Assembly: GCA_000320545.1 (NCBI GenBank)
Contig: ADNK01000021.1
Coordinates: 30,179 to 94,178 of the forward strand
From: Bigelowiella natans CCMP2755
Taxonomy: Eukaryota > Protista > Cercozoa
Length of the DNA stretch: 64,000 nt
Direction of reading: 5' to 3'
The notes beneath the pieces are model-generated. The model worked only from the letters and a program-made list of their open reading frames with translations. It was not told where the DNA came from and did no database searches. Positions 50,520 through 64,000 of this stretch are shown here, one piece after another. Positions within the stretch are counted from its first letter, which is position 1; every line of letters starts with the position of its first letter. The translations under genes and the position numbers were made by a program.

Positions 50520-51130
50520 AACACGGATTTGATGCATGTGCTCATGCATGTGCATGGCCACATAGCACAGCATCGCGTGCGTGCTGCCGCCATTGCTGCC
50601 AGCTGACGACTCGGGGGCTACGTGACAAATAATGTGTTCATCACGCCTAGATGAAACCCGTGCTGCCATGCAAGTTGATGTTGCTTGCTTGATCGGCACG
50701 ATCAATGCAACAATGTGCATTGGCACAACAGACATCATGCGCACACTCGCTAGCTCGCTCTCTAGCTCGCTCTGTGCGTGATGCGTCGTGCGCAACACAT
50801 GCAGCATGCCAGAAGGCAGCTGTGATGTGCAAACACGTCTCGCAGTCTAGCAGCATCACAACAGACATGTCTAGGTGTGCAGTGTTGTGCACGCAAAGCG
50901 TGTGTGGTGTGCACTCTCTCTGAAGTCACTCCGTCCATGTGCGCTGGTCACGATGTTTGCACGACGTGCACCACGCTGTGTCCAATTTGTTGTTGGCGGA
51001 ACATTGAACATTGAACATTGAAAGAAGCATTGATGCAAACTACATGAGCAAGAACCACATGGGAGACATGCACAAACACTGTGTAGGCGGACGTTGCCTG
51101 CTTCGCAGGTGCAGCACATCCGACACTGCA
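50520..51130. other. TpA-depleted intergenic domain C
   Basis: 50641-51040 has 5 TA, all within CTAG. Confidence 0.85.
50998..51063. repeat. Dispersed (AACATTG)3 repeat, copy 2
   Basis: ggaacattgaacattgaacattgaaagaagcattgatgcaaactacatgagcaagaaccacatggg aligns with 26902-26968. Confidence 0.85.
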
Positions 51131-51513
51131 TCCGATACTCCGAAGAGAAGAGGCGGATGGATCATGCAACCGTTGCTATTGCGACAACTTTTTGTGTTGT
51201 CGTACTTGGAAATCACCTCAGTTTCACCTTTTCTGAAAACCAGGCCGCGCATTGGGAAGAACACGAAGTTGAGGAGTGCTGGATTGTTTGCAAGTAGATG
51301 ACACTTGGGAAGTTTCAAGCGCTAAAAATGGTCTGAATTGTGATATCTCCCGCGCATCTTTCTCAGATCTAAACGTTACGTCTCTTCGGGGTCAAGGAGG
51401 AAATTTTAAATGCGTAATATATCCTACTAGTGCTTTGCTACCCACGTGCTTTCGCATTCGCACTACAGCCACACTTCGAATCTGGACGCTGATTGGAAGG
51501 AGCTACTCGTAGC

Positions 51514-52642
51514 ATGATGAAGCACTCGGTCGAGGTCAAAGAAGGGGGAGAAGCCAAGTCCCCCTCTTCTTCCACATTTCCAACATACGGAATCATGCCT
51601 AAAGCAGAGACTCAAGCACTTGACTTCTTGAAGAACTACCCTAGCTATGATGGGCGAGGCACAGTCGTCGCCATCCTTGACACGGGTGTCGACCCTGGAG
51701 CAATTGGACTTAAGGTAGTAGGTGTTATGAAAAAGAGCGCACTCGCCTTTAAAATATGATGACAATAGAATCGTGACGAAATCAGGACAGATGTTCGTCC
51801 GAAACGTCGTTCTCGGAACGCACGCTTCTTCCGTGACATGTTCGAATGTGTTGTCAGACTACCTCTGACGGGAAACCCAAGATCATCGACGTAGTTGATA
51901 CCACAGGCTCAGGAGATGTGGATACTAGCAAAGTTGTAGAGGGCAAGGAAGAGGAGAACTGGGGTCCGTCCTCGACAACACCTGTCTTCTTTCTCTCTCC
52001 AACTCGCTCTCTCTCTCTCTCCCCCCCCCCCCCCTCCTCTTTCTTGTTTTCTACATAAATTACGACGCATACCAATCTCCTGACATCATTGTTCTGCCAG
52101 TGTCAATTAAGGGTTTGACTGGAAAAAACTTGAAACTTTCCAAGGAGTGGAGTAATCCAACGGTATACACATATTTTTTCTTGAGCATCATCTCTTCTCA
52201 CAAAAACATAAATTGTTGTGCGTGACTCGACGTCTCTCCCACCCTTCCTCCTTAGGGCAAATGGCACGTCGGGGCTAAGGGGGAGTTCGATTTATACCCC
52301 AAAAATATCATAAGGGGTATTAAAAAAGACAAGGCTAAAAAATTCCTTCAGGGTGCCGTAATTCGCAGCTCTTAAATAACAGAAAAGAACAATGTTTCAC
52401 AGGGGATTTCTCCAACACTCCTCTCGAGGAAAAAAATATTTTTTTGATCACGTTGATGGGTTGGAATTCCCTCCAATTTCCTTTTCGGTCGGGGATTAAC
52501 TGAGTTGGACCCATCATCAAACCACCCATCACCCATCTTTCTTCCTTTTATCCCCAAGATTCGGCCCAAAGGAGAGGCACCTTTCTCCCTCCAAAAATAA
52601 CCACAGAAATGGTTTGAACACAGCCCCCCCTTTTTTCAAAGG

Positions 52643-52696
<54 letters not shown>

Positions 52697-52706
52697 ACGT
52701 AGACGT

Positions 52707-52755
<49 letters not shown>

Positions 52756-53789
52756 GGGGGGCATTGAAACCACACATTGTATGGGGGCATTGTACTTGAT
52801 CGGGAACATCTCTCACATCTCTCATCATCATGTAGCCGACACCACTTTCAACGTTCTTTTTATTTGTGCGCGACGTTATGACCGTATCAGGCCGATGAAG
52901 GAGGAAAAGAGGCCAAGGCCGAAACCATCCAAGACTTGAAAGACCAACTGGCGGCTCTGCGAACCCTTGTGGGCGAGTACAACTACCCGGGGCGTGTCTT
53001 CGACGTCGTCGTGTTCCACGACGGAACACGACATCTCTGCGTCGTGGACACGAGCGCGGATGGCGATCTGACCACCGCTACGCCAATGGCCGACTTCAAG
53101 CACGCGCAACAGTACGCGGCTATCGACGACAAGGACCTGGTTAATTATTCGTTGAAGATTTACGATGAGGGCAAGCTTCTCTCCATCGTTGTGGCCTGTG
53201 GCAGTCACGGTACGCACGTGGCGGGAATCACTGCGGCTAATTTCCCGGAGGACAACAAGAACTCCTCTACTGCGATGATGATGAATGGAGTGGCCCCCGG
53301 GGCGCAGGTTGTTTCGGTTAAAATCGGGGATACAAGACTCGGGTAATAGTACTCACGCTTTCTCGCTCGGCGTTCATTACGTTCGGCGATGAAATCACAC
53401 GCAGAAGAGTATAAGTAGCAGCAGCAGCAGCAGTAGTAGTAGCAGTAGCAGCGGTTTGATGGTGAAGATGAATATGCTATACACTTCATCTAGAAGAGGT
53501 CTGCATGATTTAGAATTCACTGTAGTAATTCGCGTTATGTAGGTCCATGGAAACGAACACGGGGATGGTGCGGGCCGTGAGTGCAATCCTGGAAAACAAG
53601 TGCGACCTGGTTAACATGAGTTATGGAGAGCCTACAGGCTCACCCAACCAGGTATTCACTACCAACTGCGATTAAAGGGCCTCTGATGACGACGATGTGC
53701 GTCGTTGATGGTGGGGGTAGGTGATATGTATGTTAAGGATGTATGAGCAATGTTCTTTATGCTTCGATACACAGACACACGCACACACG

Positions 53790-53843
<54 letters not shown>

Positions 53844-53910
53844 CAGGTTCATACAGTTCCATGATAATTATAATATTTCGTGACGTGTTATCGCTACGAG
53901 AAGAAAGAAG

Positions 53911-53951
<41 letters not shown>

Positions 53952-54565
53952 TGTAGGGGATATTTCCAGAGCTCTGCGCGGAATTGGTCAACAACCATGG
54001 CGTGATTTTCGTCAGCAGCGCCGGCAATGCCGGCCCGGCGCTGTCTACTGTAGGCGCTCCCGGATCTACGACGCAGGAACTCATCGGTACCTCATAGCTA
54101 ATGGCTCGCCAAACAAAGTTGATTAGATCTGCGGGAGGGGGGGATGTGTTTAAGTGACTCATGCTGCTGCTGCTGCTAAAATTGGGGTGGTAATAACCAA
54201 GCAAATCATATACCTGTAGGTGTCGGAGCGTACGTCTCTCCCGCAATGATGGAGACGGAGTACTCTATGCGCGACTACCCTGTCGGTGAGAACCAGTACA
54301 CATGGTCTTCAAGAGGCCCTGCGACCAACGGCCACCTCGGAGTGTGCATCAGCGCGCCAGGGGGGGCAATCGCCCCTGTACCGCAGTACACATGGCAGAA
54401 GAACATGCTGATGAATGGCACTTCTATGGCTTCTCCCAACGCGTGCGGGGGTCTGGCTCTTCTTCTCAGCGCACTTAAAGCAGAGAAGATCCCGTAAGAA
54501 GCTAGAAATCTGCTGTTTCTCACCCTCCCCCCCCCTTTTTTTATCTCAATCTCTCGCTCTCGCTC

Positions 54566-54623
<58 letters not shown>

Positions 54624-54685
54624 CGGTCAGCCTCTTTGTTTGAATGTATGTGAAGGGGATGCATGAACGGCATGCTTGTACTCGG

Positions 54686-54720
<35 letters not shown>

Positions 54721-55225
54721 ATGGTGGTGGTGGTACAGCAGGGTGACGTAGCATTAGGAGGAGTAGTAGTAGTAGTAGTAGTAGTAGTATCATCAACAAG
54801 AAGCAAACACAACCTAACAGCAATAATGATTGATACAACTTGATTGATACAACTTAAACAACAACAACAACAACAACAACAACATCATTATTCTTCCATC
54901 ATCCAACTTAAACAACAACAAACAACAACAATAATAATTGGGTAGATACACCCCCCACTCGGTACGACGAGGCGTGGAGAACTCCGCTCGTTGGGTGGAG
55001 GGCATTGAAAGATTTGCTCAGGGCCACGGCTTGCTGCAGATTAAGAGCTGCTTCGATGCTCTCTCCGCTAACGCGAAGAGCGCCGATGTCGCGATCAACT
55101 ACGTTGTCAAAGTGACCTCGGGGTCTGGGAACTCCCCCTCCACCAACGCTAAGCAGGCTTGTGGTACTTCCTCCTACTACTACTATTACTACTGCTGCTG
55201 CGACTACGGAGACGATGAAGACGGC

Positions 55226-55264
<39 letters not shown>

Positions 55265-57876
55265 TGTGTGTGTGTGTGTGCCTCCCCCCGTCACCGGCTA
55301 ACGCCCCCCCCCCCCTTTCCCTTCGTTACAAGGTATATATCTCCGGGAGCCATTTGAGGTCTCGCAGCCAACGGAGGCCAACGTGTCGATAAAGCCCTCT
55401 TTCCATGAAGACCATGATGCAAAGGAAAAGCAGAGCTACGAGCAGAAAATCTTGGTCAAATCTACCGCCTTTTGGGTGGAAACGCCAAAGTATGTTCTCA
55501 TGCATCAGGGCGGACGCAGCTTCTCTGTCCTTGTTGACCCCACGGCGCTCTCCCCTGGCTCGCATTATGCAGAGGTGTGAGCCAAAACCAAACTAGTTGT
55601 AGTAGATGAAGAGGAAATGAAGAAACACGCCCGTCTCGCGACGAAAAGCCACCAGCTTCCACATCCTTCTCTTTATTCGCTCCCACTCCTCCGTAACTGA
55701 CTGCCTGACTGCCTCTGCCTCCGCCTCTACTGCCTCGTCGTCTTCTTCTTCTTCTTGCTTCTTCTTCTTCTTGCTTCTTCTTCTTCTTCTTTTCCAGATC
55801 CAAGGATTGGACGCCACCGACCTCGGCAAAGGTCCATTGTTCCGCGTTTCCGTCACGGTGGTGGTACCGGAGAGGAAGCAGGACAAGACAGGCCGCAAAT
55901 ACGAATTCAGTGACATCGCATTCAAGCCTGGATCGATGATACGACGCTACCTCGCGGTTCCCGAGGGAGCGGCGTACGCGCACATCCAAGTGAAGCCATC
56001 CAGCATCGATACCTCCCGTCGCTTCATGCTAGCAGCGCTCTGGCTGAGCCCGCAGGAGGGTTACCGTGACCACGAAATCAACAAGTTCATGACGATGAAG
56101 GAAGGCTCCGTCTCGCACTATTCGATGCCAGTGCGACCGCACACGACGTTGGAGGTGGTGCTCGCGCAGTACTGGTCAAGCTTAGGCGTGTGCAAAGGGG
56201 CGCTGTCGGTAACGTTCCACGGCCTCTCCGTCTCTCCCTCTCCCATCCGCCTGGCGCTCGACGATCCGACCTCCACGCGCATTGATGTGCGGTGCGAGAT
56301 GGGCGATGCCATGCTGGAGGTGTCAGGAAAACTCACACACAAGGAGGCGTATCTGCGTCCTTCCTCAGCTAAGATTGCCCCCCTCCCCCCCACCAGCAGG
56401 GACGCGCTGCCGAAGGGCCGCCACGCGATGCAGATCGTGCTATCGTACGTACTGGAGGTGGGAGCGAAGGTGAGCAAAGCGAAGATCGGATTTCCGGCGC
56501 TTAACGGGAAGCTGTATGACTCGCCGTTCGGATCGCAGCTGTACATGGTTTTCGATGAGCACAAGCGCTGCATCGCGACCGGGGACGCCTGGCCAGATCC
56601 CGTATGTCCTCTTTGCGGCGGCGGCTGCGGCTGCTGCTGCTTCTTAAAATCGTGCACGGCAGCTTGCATCAACTGCCAACGAGAATGAGAATCAGAAGAA
56701 GAAGAAGAAGAAGAAGAAGAAGAATATTTCCAATACTTATGAGAAGAGCGAATACCTACAAAATGGGAGATAAATTGGAGATGTAGTAGCAGTACTACTA
56801 GTAGTGCAAAAGTAATTATGAATAATAAAGCTGATAAACATGCGAAGAACCGTGATAAGCCATCTTATCAATCCAGTCATTTCCTCCTCCTCCTCCTTCT
56901 CCTCCTCCTCCTTTTCCCCTCTTTCTAAGGTGAGCTTGGACAAGGGAAAGTATACCGTGCGGCTGCATGTGCGTCATCACAAAGCGTCGGTGCTAGAAGG
57001 GCTCAAAACCCTTGTAATGGTGTTCAAGACGCCTCTGCCCAAGGCCATTGCTGTCACTGCTTATTCTACTTACACCAACGCAGCGCTTAAGGCCAGCAAG
57101 TTTACCAGGAAGCGACTGTATGTGTTCCTCCTGCACACCTTTCCTTGATTCGTCTTTTTTCCCTTCTTCTTCTTCTTCTTCTTCTTCTTCTTCTTCTCCG
57201 CATGAACCCAAACCATGACCCTTTCGCCATTGTATTATTCTTCTCTTAGGTATAGCAAACAGTCAACATGCCTGTATCTGAGCGCAGGTAGTGTGCCCTC
57301 GGGAACGCCTCCTGGTAGCGTCCTCGTCGGCTCGATCAAGGTTGGAAAGGATGAGGACGGGGCGAAGGATGTCGTCGAGCATCATATTATGGCAGTCGTT
57401 CCCCCAAAACCACCCGCAGCTCCCAAGGCCAAGGCGCAGGGAGGGGGAGCCGATGCCAAGAAGAAGAAGACTACTCCAAAGACCGCTGCTGCTGCTGGTG
57501 GTGCAAAGGAGGGGGGGGGTAGCGATGAGAAGGGAAAAGAAGACGAGAAAGCGGCCGACAGCGGGTTCCAGGACGAAATCGCCAAGGCCGTACGCGCGGC
57601 AAAGATCGCGTACATCTCAAAGCTGAAGGATGAAAAGCTGCGTAAGGCACTGGAGTCCGATGTGGCGAAGGAGTTGGCCTCGTCCAGCGCCAACAACGAC
57701 GAAAAGCGCGCCGTCTACGAGATGCAGGTGAAGGCGTACAAGAGCTTGAAAGAGCACGACAAGGTCATCGAGGCGTGCGAGCTGGTGCTGGGCTGTATCG
57801 ATGCAACAAAGGTGGCGGCGTTCTATGGTGTCAAGCGCCCGGTTGGATCAGCGCAAGACGAAGACGAGAAGGTAGC

Positions 57877-57931
<55 letters not shown>

Positions 57932-58062
57932 GTGAATCGTCGTATGTTGTTAGTGGTGCATGCTTGCTGGTGGTAGCAACTATTATTGTGACTACTTAAC
58001 GAAGTGGTAGGAGGTGCTGGGGGAAAGGTCTAAGCCTATTGCATGCACAAATGTGTGTGTAT

Positions 58063-58101
<39 letters not shown>

Positions 58102-59161
58102 GATTTTGTTGAGAAACATTGATGAATTTACTGGTTGACGGTTTCTTATACGCCCTGCTCCTTTCCGTGGTACTTCTCGCTCTCGCTCTCTATCTTTCTG
58201 CTCCCCCCCCCCTTCATATATTTATGCCGATTACAAAATCCGGACTGAGTAGAAGGCGAGCAAGGAGATGGAAAAGGACAAGAAGGCGTTGGTATTCGCA
58301 TACATGTCGAAGGCCTCTGCTCTGATGGAGCTAGCAAAAGCCGAGCTCAACAAGGTAAAAGAGGAAGCGGAAAAGACGGGGAACAGGAAGGACGCTGGCC
58401 TATCGCAGGAATGGAACGACCGCTTTAAGAAGGCCTTAGATGACGTGCTGAAATGGGCGGATGAAAAGAAGGTTACCTACGAAATACTGCTAGCTTACTA
58501 GCACCTCCTCGTTAAATAGTACTCATGCTCATCTTATCCATCCCCTACCTCTCACTCCTCCTCCTCACCGTATAACCAACAGGACAAGAAGGCACTTGCC
58601 CCTCTGCAAATGTTCAGTCTTCTCGCCAAGGGGCACAACGGCAAAGCCCTCAAGCAGCTGGTATTGTTAGATGAGAACATGATAGAACAAATGGAAGGAG
58701 AGACCATCGACTAGCAGAGTTTTTAGATGTTGTGGCATGTTGGTGGTGGTCTTCGTTGTCGTTCTTGTTATGTCAGTATCACGTCGTGGAACATTAATAG
58801 CAGTAGTAGTGTGAAGTACTAGTAGAGATTCAGAATGGCCGACGACATCATCACTGACTTTGTTCGTCAACTCGGAAGCTCACACGATGCAATCACTGGC
58901 AGTTTTAAGTTGTGTTCTAATTCCAGTCACCACGTCGCACACGCGGAACGTCATCCATGATTCACAACGTCGTGTCTTTTTGCTCAAATTCTTCTTACCA
59001 CTTGTTCTCAGCTTGCAAGTCTGAAAGCGAGTCCTAGGGACAAGGACCTGATGGCGCAACGAACGAAGCTGCTTTCCTATCTCGGGTGGGACGATTGGAA
59101 CAAAGAGCTCTTCTCACACTGGAAGTTGGTGCAGTTTCCTGCTGGGTTTAAGTGCTTCTAA
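51514..59161 (+). CDS. TPP2: Tripeptidyl-peptidase II (subtilisin S8 family), multi-exon
   Basis: [19 protein letters not shown] (Asp), [10 protein letters not shown] (His), [38 protein letters not shown] (Ser), followed by the TPPII C-terminal domain ending FPAGFKCF*. Confidence 0.97.
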
Positions 59162-59189
59162 CGTGTTGGCCTGGGCACAACTTTGATTC

Positions 59190-59780
59190 ACATCAAGTGT
59201 TTTCGCGGACCTCCACTTGAACAGATGTGTGACGCGTGAGAAGTTGTCACACGGTGGGCCAGAATGGACGTGAATGTATGAATTTTGGCTACACATCATG
59301 TGCGATCAGCACATTACGTTGCGTTGTGCACGTGAATCATCATCAGCCTGCTAGCCTGCATCATTCATCGCATGTGTGGTGATCATCATGCTAGCATGTG
59401 CAATGTTGCCTCCTTGCTAGCTACATGATCATATTGACTCATCGCATTGGCAACGTCGACTGAAGTGCGTTGATGAAGTCGTCAAGTGGAATCACCGCAG
59501 TGTGGTGTGCGAAGTGACAAACTCGGCTCCACGTGACATCCACGAGCCGCTCGAACAGACTTGTTGAGCGGTTTTGCACAGCAGCTTGCGCGATCGCGAG
59601 CCTTCGCTCGCCAACATTGAAGTCACAAGCACGCACGGTCTAGCAGTGCGTGCATGCATGCGTGCATGCGTGCACGACATTGAACTTTGAACTGAGCATT
59701 GATGTGCAAAACAACGTGCGCTGCTTTGTGAGGGACGAACACAGCGTGCTCGCGCTGCAACCAGACGATCATGATACTTT
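59190..59780. other. TpA-depleted intergenic domain D, including copy 3 of the AACATTG repeat (59677-59720)
   Basis: 59435-59774 has a single TA, which is in CTAG. Confidence 0.85.
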
Positions 59781-60143
59781 CGACATTGTTTCTATTGACG
59801 CAAGACTAAAACAACATGGGATTCTTCTTGTGAGAGTTCTGTTGTCGCAGGACAAAAAACACCCAATGATTCTTTTTTAGGTTGGACAATCTTGTTCTTC
59901 ACAGCGACATGGATTTTCAGTTGTCGCAGGTTACCAAACCATACAATTTTGGTGAAATCCACTGTGTCTCTGGCTACGTGTGCACTTTGCCTGCCAAATC
60001 CTCGTCACTTCACCCGAGACAAGGAGGGACAAAGCTTTGGCCTTCATCCAATCGAGATCGCTGCGTGAAATTGACACGCGCTTGTTTGCTCGAGAGCTCG
60101 TTGTGGGTCGACGTCGCAGGACACTTCGATTTTCGATTCGATA

Positions 60144-61549
60144 ATGCTTGCTTCTTCGTCGATGGAGAGGTGCTTGTTCATGGCAGTGTTGCTGATCGGC
60201 ACAACGATGGCGACCTGCACACCAGTTAGAGCGTCCATACGGTCAAGATCGAACATTGTGACAAATCAGAGACGATTTCATGCGTCTCTCCTTCCCAGCC
60301 TGAAAAGATGTAGCCGGAGATCTTCGCTACTACCTCATGCGGAAGGTACTTCCACCACATCCTGCCGACAAAAGTGGTACACACGGATAGATGCATACAG
60401 ACTCATACTTTCACATATATACATATGGCAGCTCTTAGCCCATCTAGTTATCAAGTTCCCCAGAACTCCGAAAACACTGCAGATCAGGTAGCAGCAGCAG
60501 CTAGACCCTAGTGTGCATCATTCGAGGAAGTTTTGATATTCATACTGTACGGCTATATCCTAGGCATTTGAGGCAGTGAAGAATGGCTTCAAGGTAATCA
60601 CTCCATAAAATTCATAATATATAAATATGCGTGTGTGTGTGTGTGTGTGTGCGGTTTTGCTGAAATGGTTGCCGTTTGACCCACGGACAAAGGACGGGAA
60701 GAACCGACAGCAGATAGAGCTCATGCTGCCGCTTATCGGTGCAACTGACCTAGACGACTGGCCAGGAGGAATCCGGTGGGTAGCCATACAGCCAAAATAC
60801 TGCAATGAATTTCGTTTCTTTTTTCCTGGTCTTCTATGTACAGCATGGATCCACTTTTTTCACCCCCCACGATATCAGAATACTGCTTCTTTGCAAACCA
60901 AAATGCAATCATGTCAGGCAACAATTCAAGGCCGCATCCCCGATGTGCGAGTCCATCCTGAAAAGCCTAAGGCGAGAGGTGAATAAGTGAGAAGAAGATA
61001 AGACCATCCACCAAAACGTAGAGATAAAAATATAGATTTTAACAAGAGGAAAGGCAAAAAGATTAGGAATTTTAAATACATTTCTATCGACTTTGTTGCT
61101 ATAATACACGCAGCTTGGATTGGCTAGTACCTTCACCCCTAAGATACTCGACGACGGAGACGCGACTGCAGCTTGGGAAAGCGACAAAATCACTGCCATT
61201 TTATTTCCAACTGGTACTACTTGGCTCTCCATATATGTCAACGGCTATGATAGACGGGGGGGCGGTTTCTCCCCTCAATCCAATTTATATCACCTTCTTA
61301 TTGATTCTTTTCGAGTGACCTTATCCGATGATCTCCTCGCATAATTATAATGATAATAATAATACTAATAATTCCTGGCGTTTGCTTTTCTTCGTTCCTC
61401 AGCGGAGACGATGTCGTACATCTCAACAGCCGTGGATAAGGGCGATGATCGACTTGTCCTCCTCATCAACCCCCAGTGGAACAAAGGGGGAGCGAACGTA
61501 CGTTCATAACTGTTGCATGCGTGCGAACTATTCCTTTACACTGAAATAG

Positions 61550-61596
<47 letters not shown>

Positions 61597-61681
61597 CATA
61601 CATATTTATATTTGTTCGAAAGCGGGGCCATACGTTCACAGAAGAACGCCAGCACACGATGTATGAATGTGGACATCCTTT

Positions 61682-61763
<82 letters not shown>

Positions 61764-62560
61764 CCCTCCCACTCCCAAGATTGCTAGAAGTAAACATACA
61801 ACTCCGTAATACTCATCTACTAGGTATTCTCTGATTTTGGCTGGGGATCTCAGAAAGATAAGGCAGAGAAGTTGCTGAAGACTTTCGAGTTCACGTAATA
61901 ATACTACTGTGCACTACCACCACCAGCATCAACGGAACACGATTACACTCCTCCCCTCCCCCAGATTTTCATCATGTGTGGCGCAGAACTCACCACCAGC
62001 ATCATCACCAGCACTACCCAAGCACATGATCATCATTCCCGTGCCTTCTAGGTACTCATTTGAGCAGCGGAAACAAGGCGGTGCGAATATCAAACTGCTG
62101 CGCTCATATCCGAAGGTTAGGCTCGTTACTGCATACATATAGCAAGAACAATCTATAAGTGCTGGTTTGGTAGGTAGTCAAAAGCATGCGTGCTGTCTCT
62201 CTCCCCCCCCCCCCTCTCTATCTATCTACCCCTCACCTCCCCCCCCCCTCCCCACATACACCCTTGATACACTACTCAGTCATGGGAGGTCCTCATTACG
62301 GAGGATGATCAACAATTTGACGTGATTGGGAAAGCAGATCAGCGGCCCTCTTACAAGGTATTGGTAGATAGTAAGTATAGGTGTAAGAGGAGGAGGAGGA
62401 GGAGGGGATTCCAAAGAACAAAACAACTAAAGATCAGGATATAATTATCTTGACACTGTAGGATGTGGACCTTATGCTAAAGACTGCGTTCCCCGAGGAG
62501 AATATATTTTCGCGGTTCATGAAGGATATGGAGACAAAGAAAGGGGGGGGCTTCTTCTAG
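60144..62560 (+). CDS. DUF1995-family plastid protein with bipartite leader, multi-exon
   Basis: Leader MERCLFMAVLLIGTTMATC + Arg/Ser-rich transit; QQIELMLPLIGATDLDDWPGGIR-QQFKAA, AILFPT, VLLINPQW, LLRSYPK-SWEV, RPSY; stop at 62560. Confidence 0.8.
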
Positions 62561-63386
62561 ATAGATGCATAGAGAGATCGCATTGGCTGCTGGTGTGATT
62601 GTACATATGGTAATACAGATCTCAACATCCAGTGAAGCAATAAGTATATGCTTTCCAATAACCTGCGGAGTTGCTCATGCTGGCTGCTGCTAATAAACGC
62701 ATTGTTTTTAGTCCACATATTTAAACATGTGCGATACGCGCAAAAGCATTATAGCGCGCTGGCTGCTTCATACGATACGTACTACTGCATGACATACGCG
62801 CATTGTAGTATGCATTATGCGCAGCAGTGCATTCGGCACTCATCTTTCGACATAGCTAGACAGATCCAACGGACCGGTGCATGCATATACAAGTTGTCTT
62901 TTCCAGAGTATTTACATACTTACATGCGGCGTGCGACCATAGATTGCATCTAGCTAGCCAAGCGATGCAGTGCGAAATAGATCGAGCTTGGCACAACACA
63001 TGCTGCTTGCGCTGAAAAACCTTACGCATGTGCAAACGCTCAAAGCATAGACATGCTTATCCATATGCAATATGGGTAATCCGACAGTGCAAAAAACATT
63101 TTAATAAAGTTATGTTTGCATGAGGATCTTAATTGATACTTATATAATGTGGCATACGGTCTGGGATCATGCATATCAACGTGCCTCTCTAATAAATAAA
63201 GGGGAGTTTGAATTTGGAAGGGTGAAGAGGAAAGAAGGACATTTATCTGCATATTTGTTGCTGACGAAAATTCAAACAAGACATCTGTTGTCATGAGCTT
63301 CCGGCTCTCTCGGGAAGAAGTGGCAGGTGATGCATGTGAATAGTTGTTGGATTTTGAGCAAGTGCCATATGAACATGCCTCACTCC

Positions 63387-63626
63387 TCATTCCAAACTGC
63401 TCACTCTCTCTGTCATCTCAATTACGGGCACGCTGCTTTTCGACTCCAAGTTGACGCTGACTAAACCGTCTTCTTTGCGCTGTAGAAGCAGTATCAGCCG
63501 AATATATAGAACAACAATAGTACTCGATGAGTGAGGAGGTGGTAGAGGAGGAGGTGGAGGAGGAGGAGGGAGAGAAAGAGGGGAGTGATCTGGATATGAC
63601 CAAATAGAAACACGATCACTGCAATG

Positions 63627-63670
<44 letters not shown>

Positions 63671-64000
63671 TACCTTCTGCTGAGCAGCGCCGCTCTCTGC
63701 CCTGTCTATTGAATAGTCTTCTTCCATTCCATCGCCAACATCGGGCAATTCTTGGCGCGTTTTATCCCCAAAGATGACCCTCTAGTAGTGGTGATCGGGA
63801 CAGAGAAAAGAGAGGGAGAAAGGAGAATAAGAAAAGATGATGAAGAGAATGAAAGCGCATTGAAAGACCTATAAAATCGCACACTAAAACACCATTCAAA
63901 TGTTGCATTGCAGTAGCGTTAGAGTGGCTGCTGAACCACTCCATCTCCCTCAATGAATGGTACATACTGCCCCTCTTCCTTAACACCCCCCTCCTCCTCC
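63387..64000 (-). CDS. 3' end of an uncharacterised gene running off the window
   Basis: Exons RVIFGDKTRQELPDVGDGMEEDYSIDRAESGAAQQK and RKEDGLVSVNLESKSSVPVIEMTERVSSLE* joined by a GT-AG intron containing (AT)n. Confidence 0.5.

Noticed and set aside
59790-60256. Minus-strand frame interrupted only by TGA codons (selenoprotein or recoding?)
   Set aside because: It overlaps the DUF1995 leader exon antisense, lies in TA-poor sequence where only TGA stops remain, and has no homology or SECIS evident. TGA is a normal stop in the phytol kinase gene.

Overview
Gene-dense, intron-rich eukaryotic nuclear DNA. It is most likely from a chlorarachniophyte alga such as Bigelowiella. This is an inference from three genes with bipartite signal+transit leaders (RPE, Deg1-type protease, DUF1995), flagellar genes, and microsatellite-filled GT-AG introns. 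About 18 genes were reconstructed by hand across introns: RPE (partial), LC8-type dynein light chain, aldo-keto reductase, a TPH-like coiled-coil protein, a START-domain protein, ARF GTPase, a secreted Tyr/Cys-rich protein, TraB-family protein, ankyrin protein, phytol/farnesol kinase (VTE5/FOLK family, fragmented in the ORF track), PAQR/AdipoR, Deg1, a 7TM-like protein, SPX-EXS (XPR1/PHO1), intronless CFAP221, TPP2, DUF1995 and a partial unknown gene. There is also a CpG-decayed CDC5L fragment. The most striking unexplained signal is a set of intergenic domains just downstream of gene 3' ends (about 7.4-8.3, 25.0-26.3, 50.5-51.1 and 59.2-59.8 kb). In them TpA is almost absent, with runs of 320-400 bp containing none, while CpG is kept and surviving TpAs are mostly in CTAG. 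This suggests a context-specific TpA->TpG/CpA hypermutation or base-modification system, the opposite polarity to fungal RIP. Two small dispersed repeat families were also found. All exon boundaries and dinucleotide counts were done by eye and need computational confirmation.
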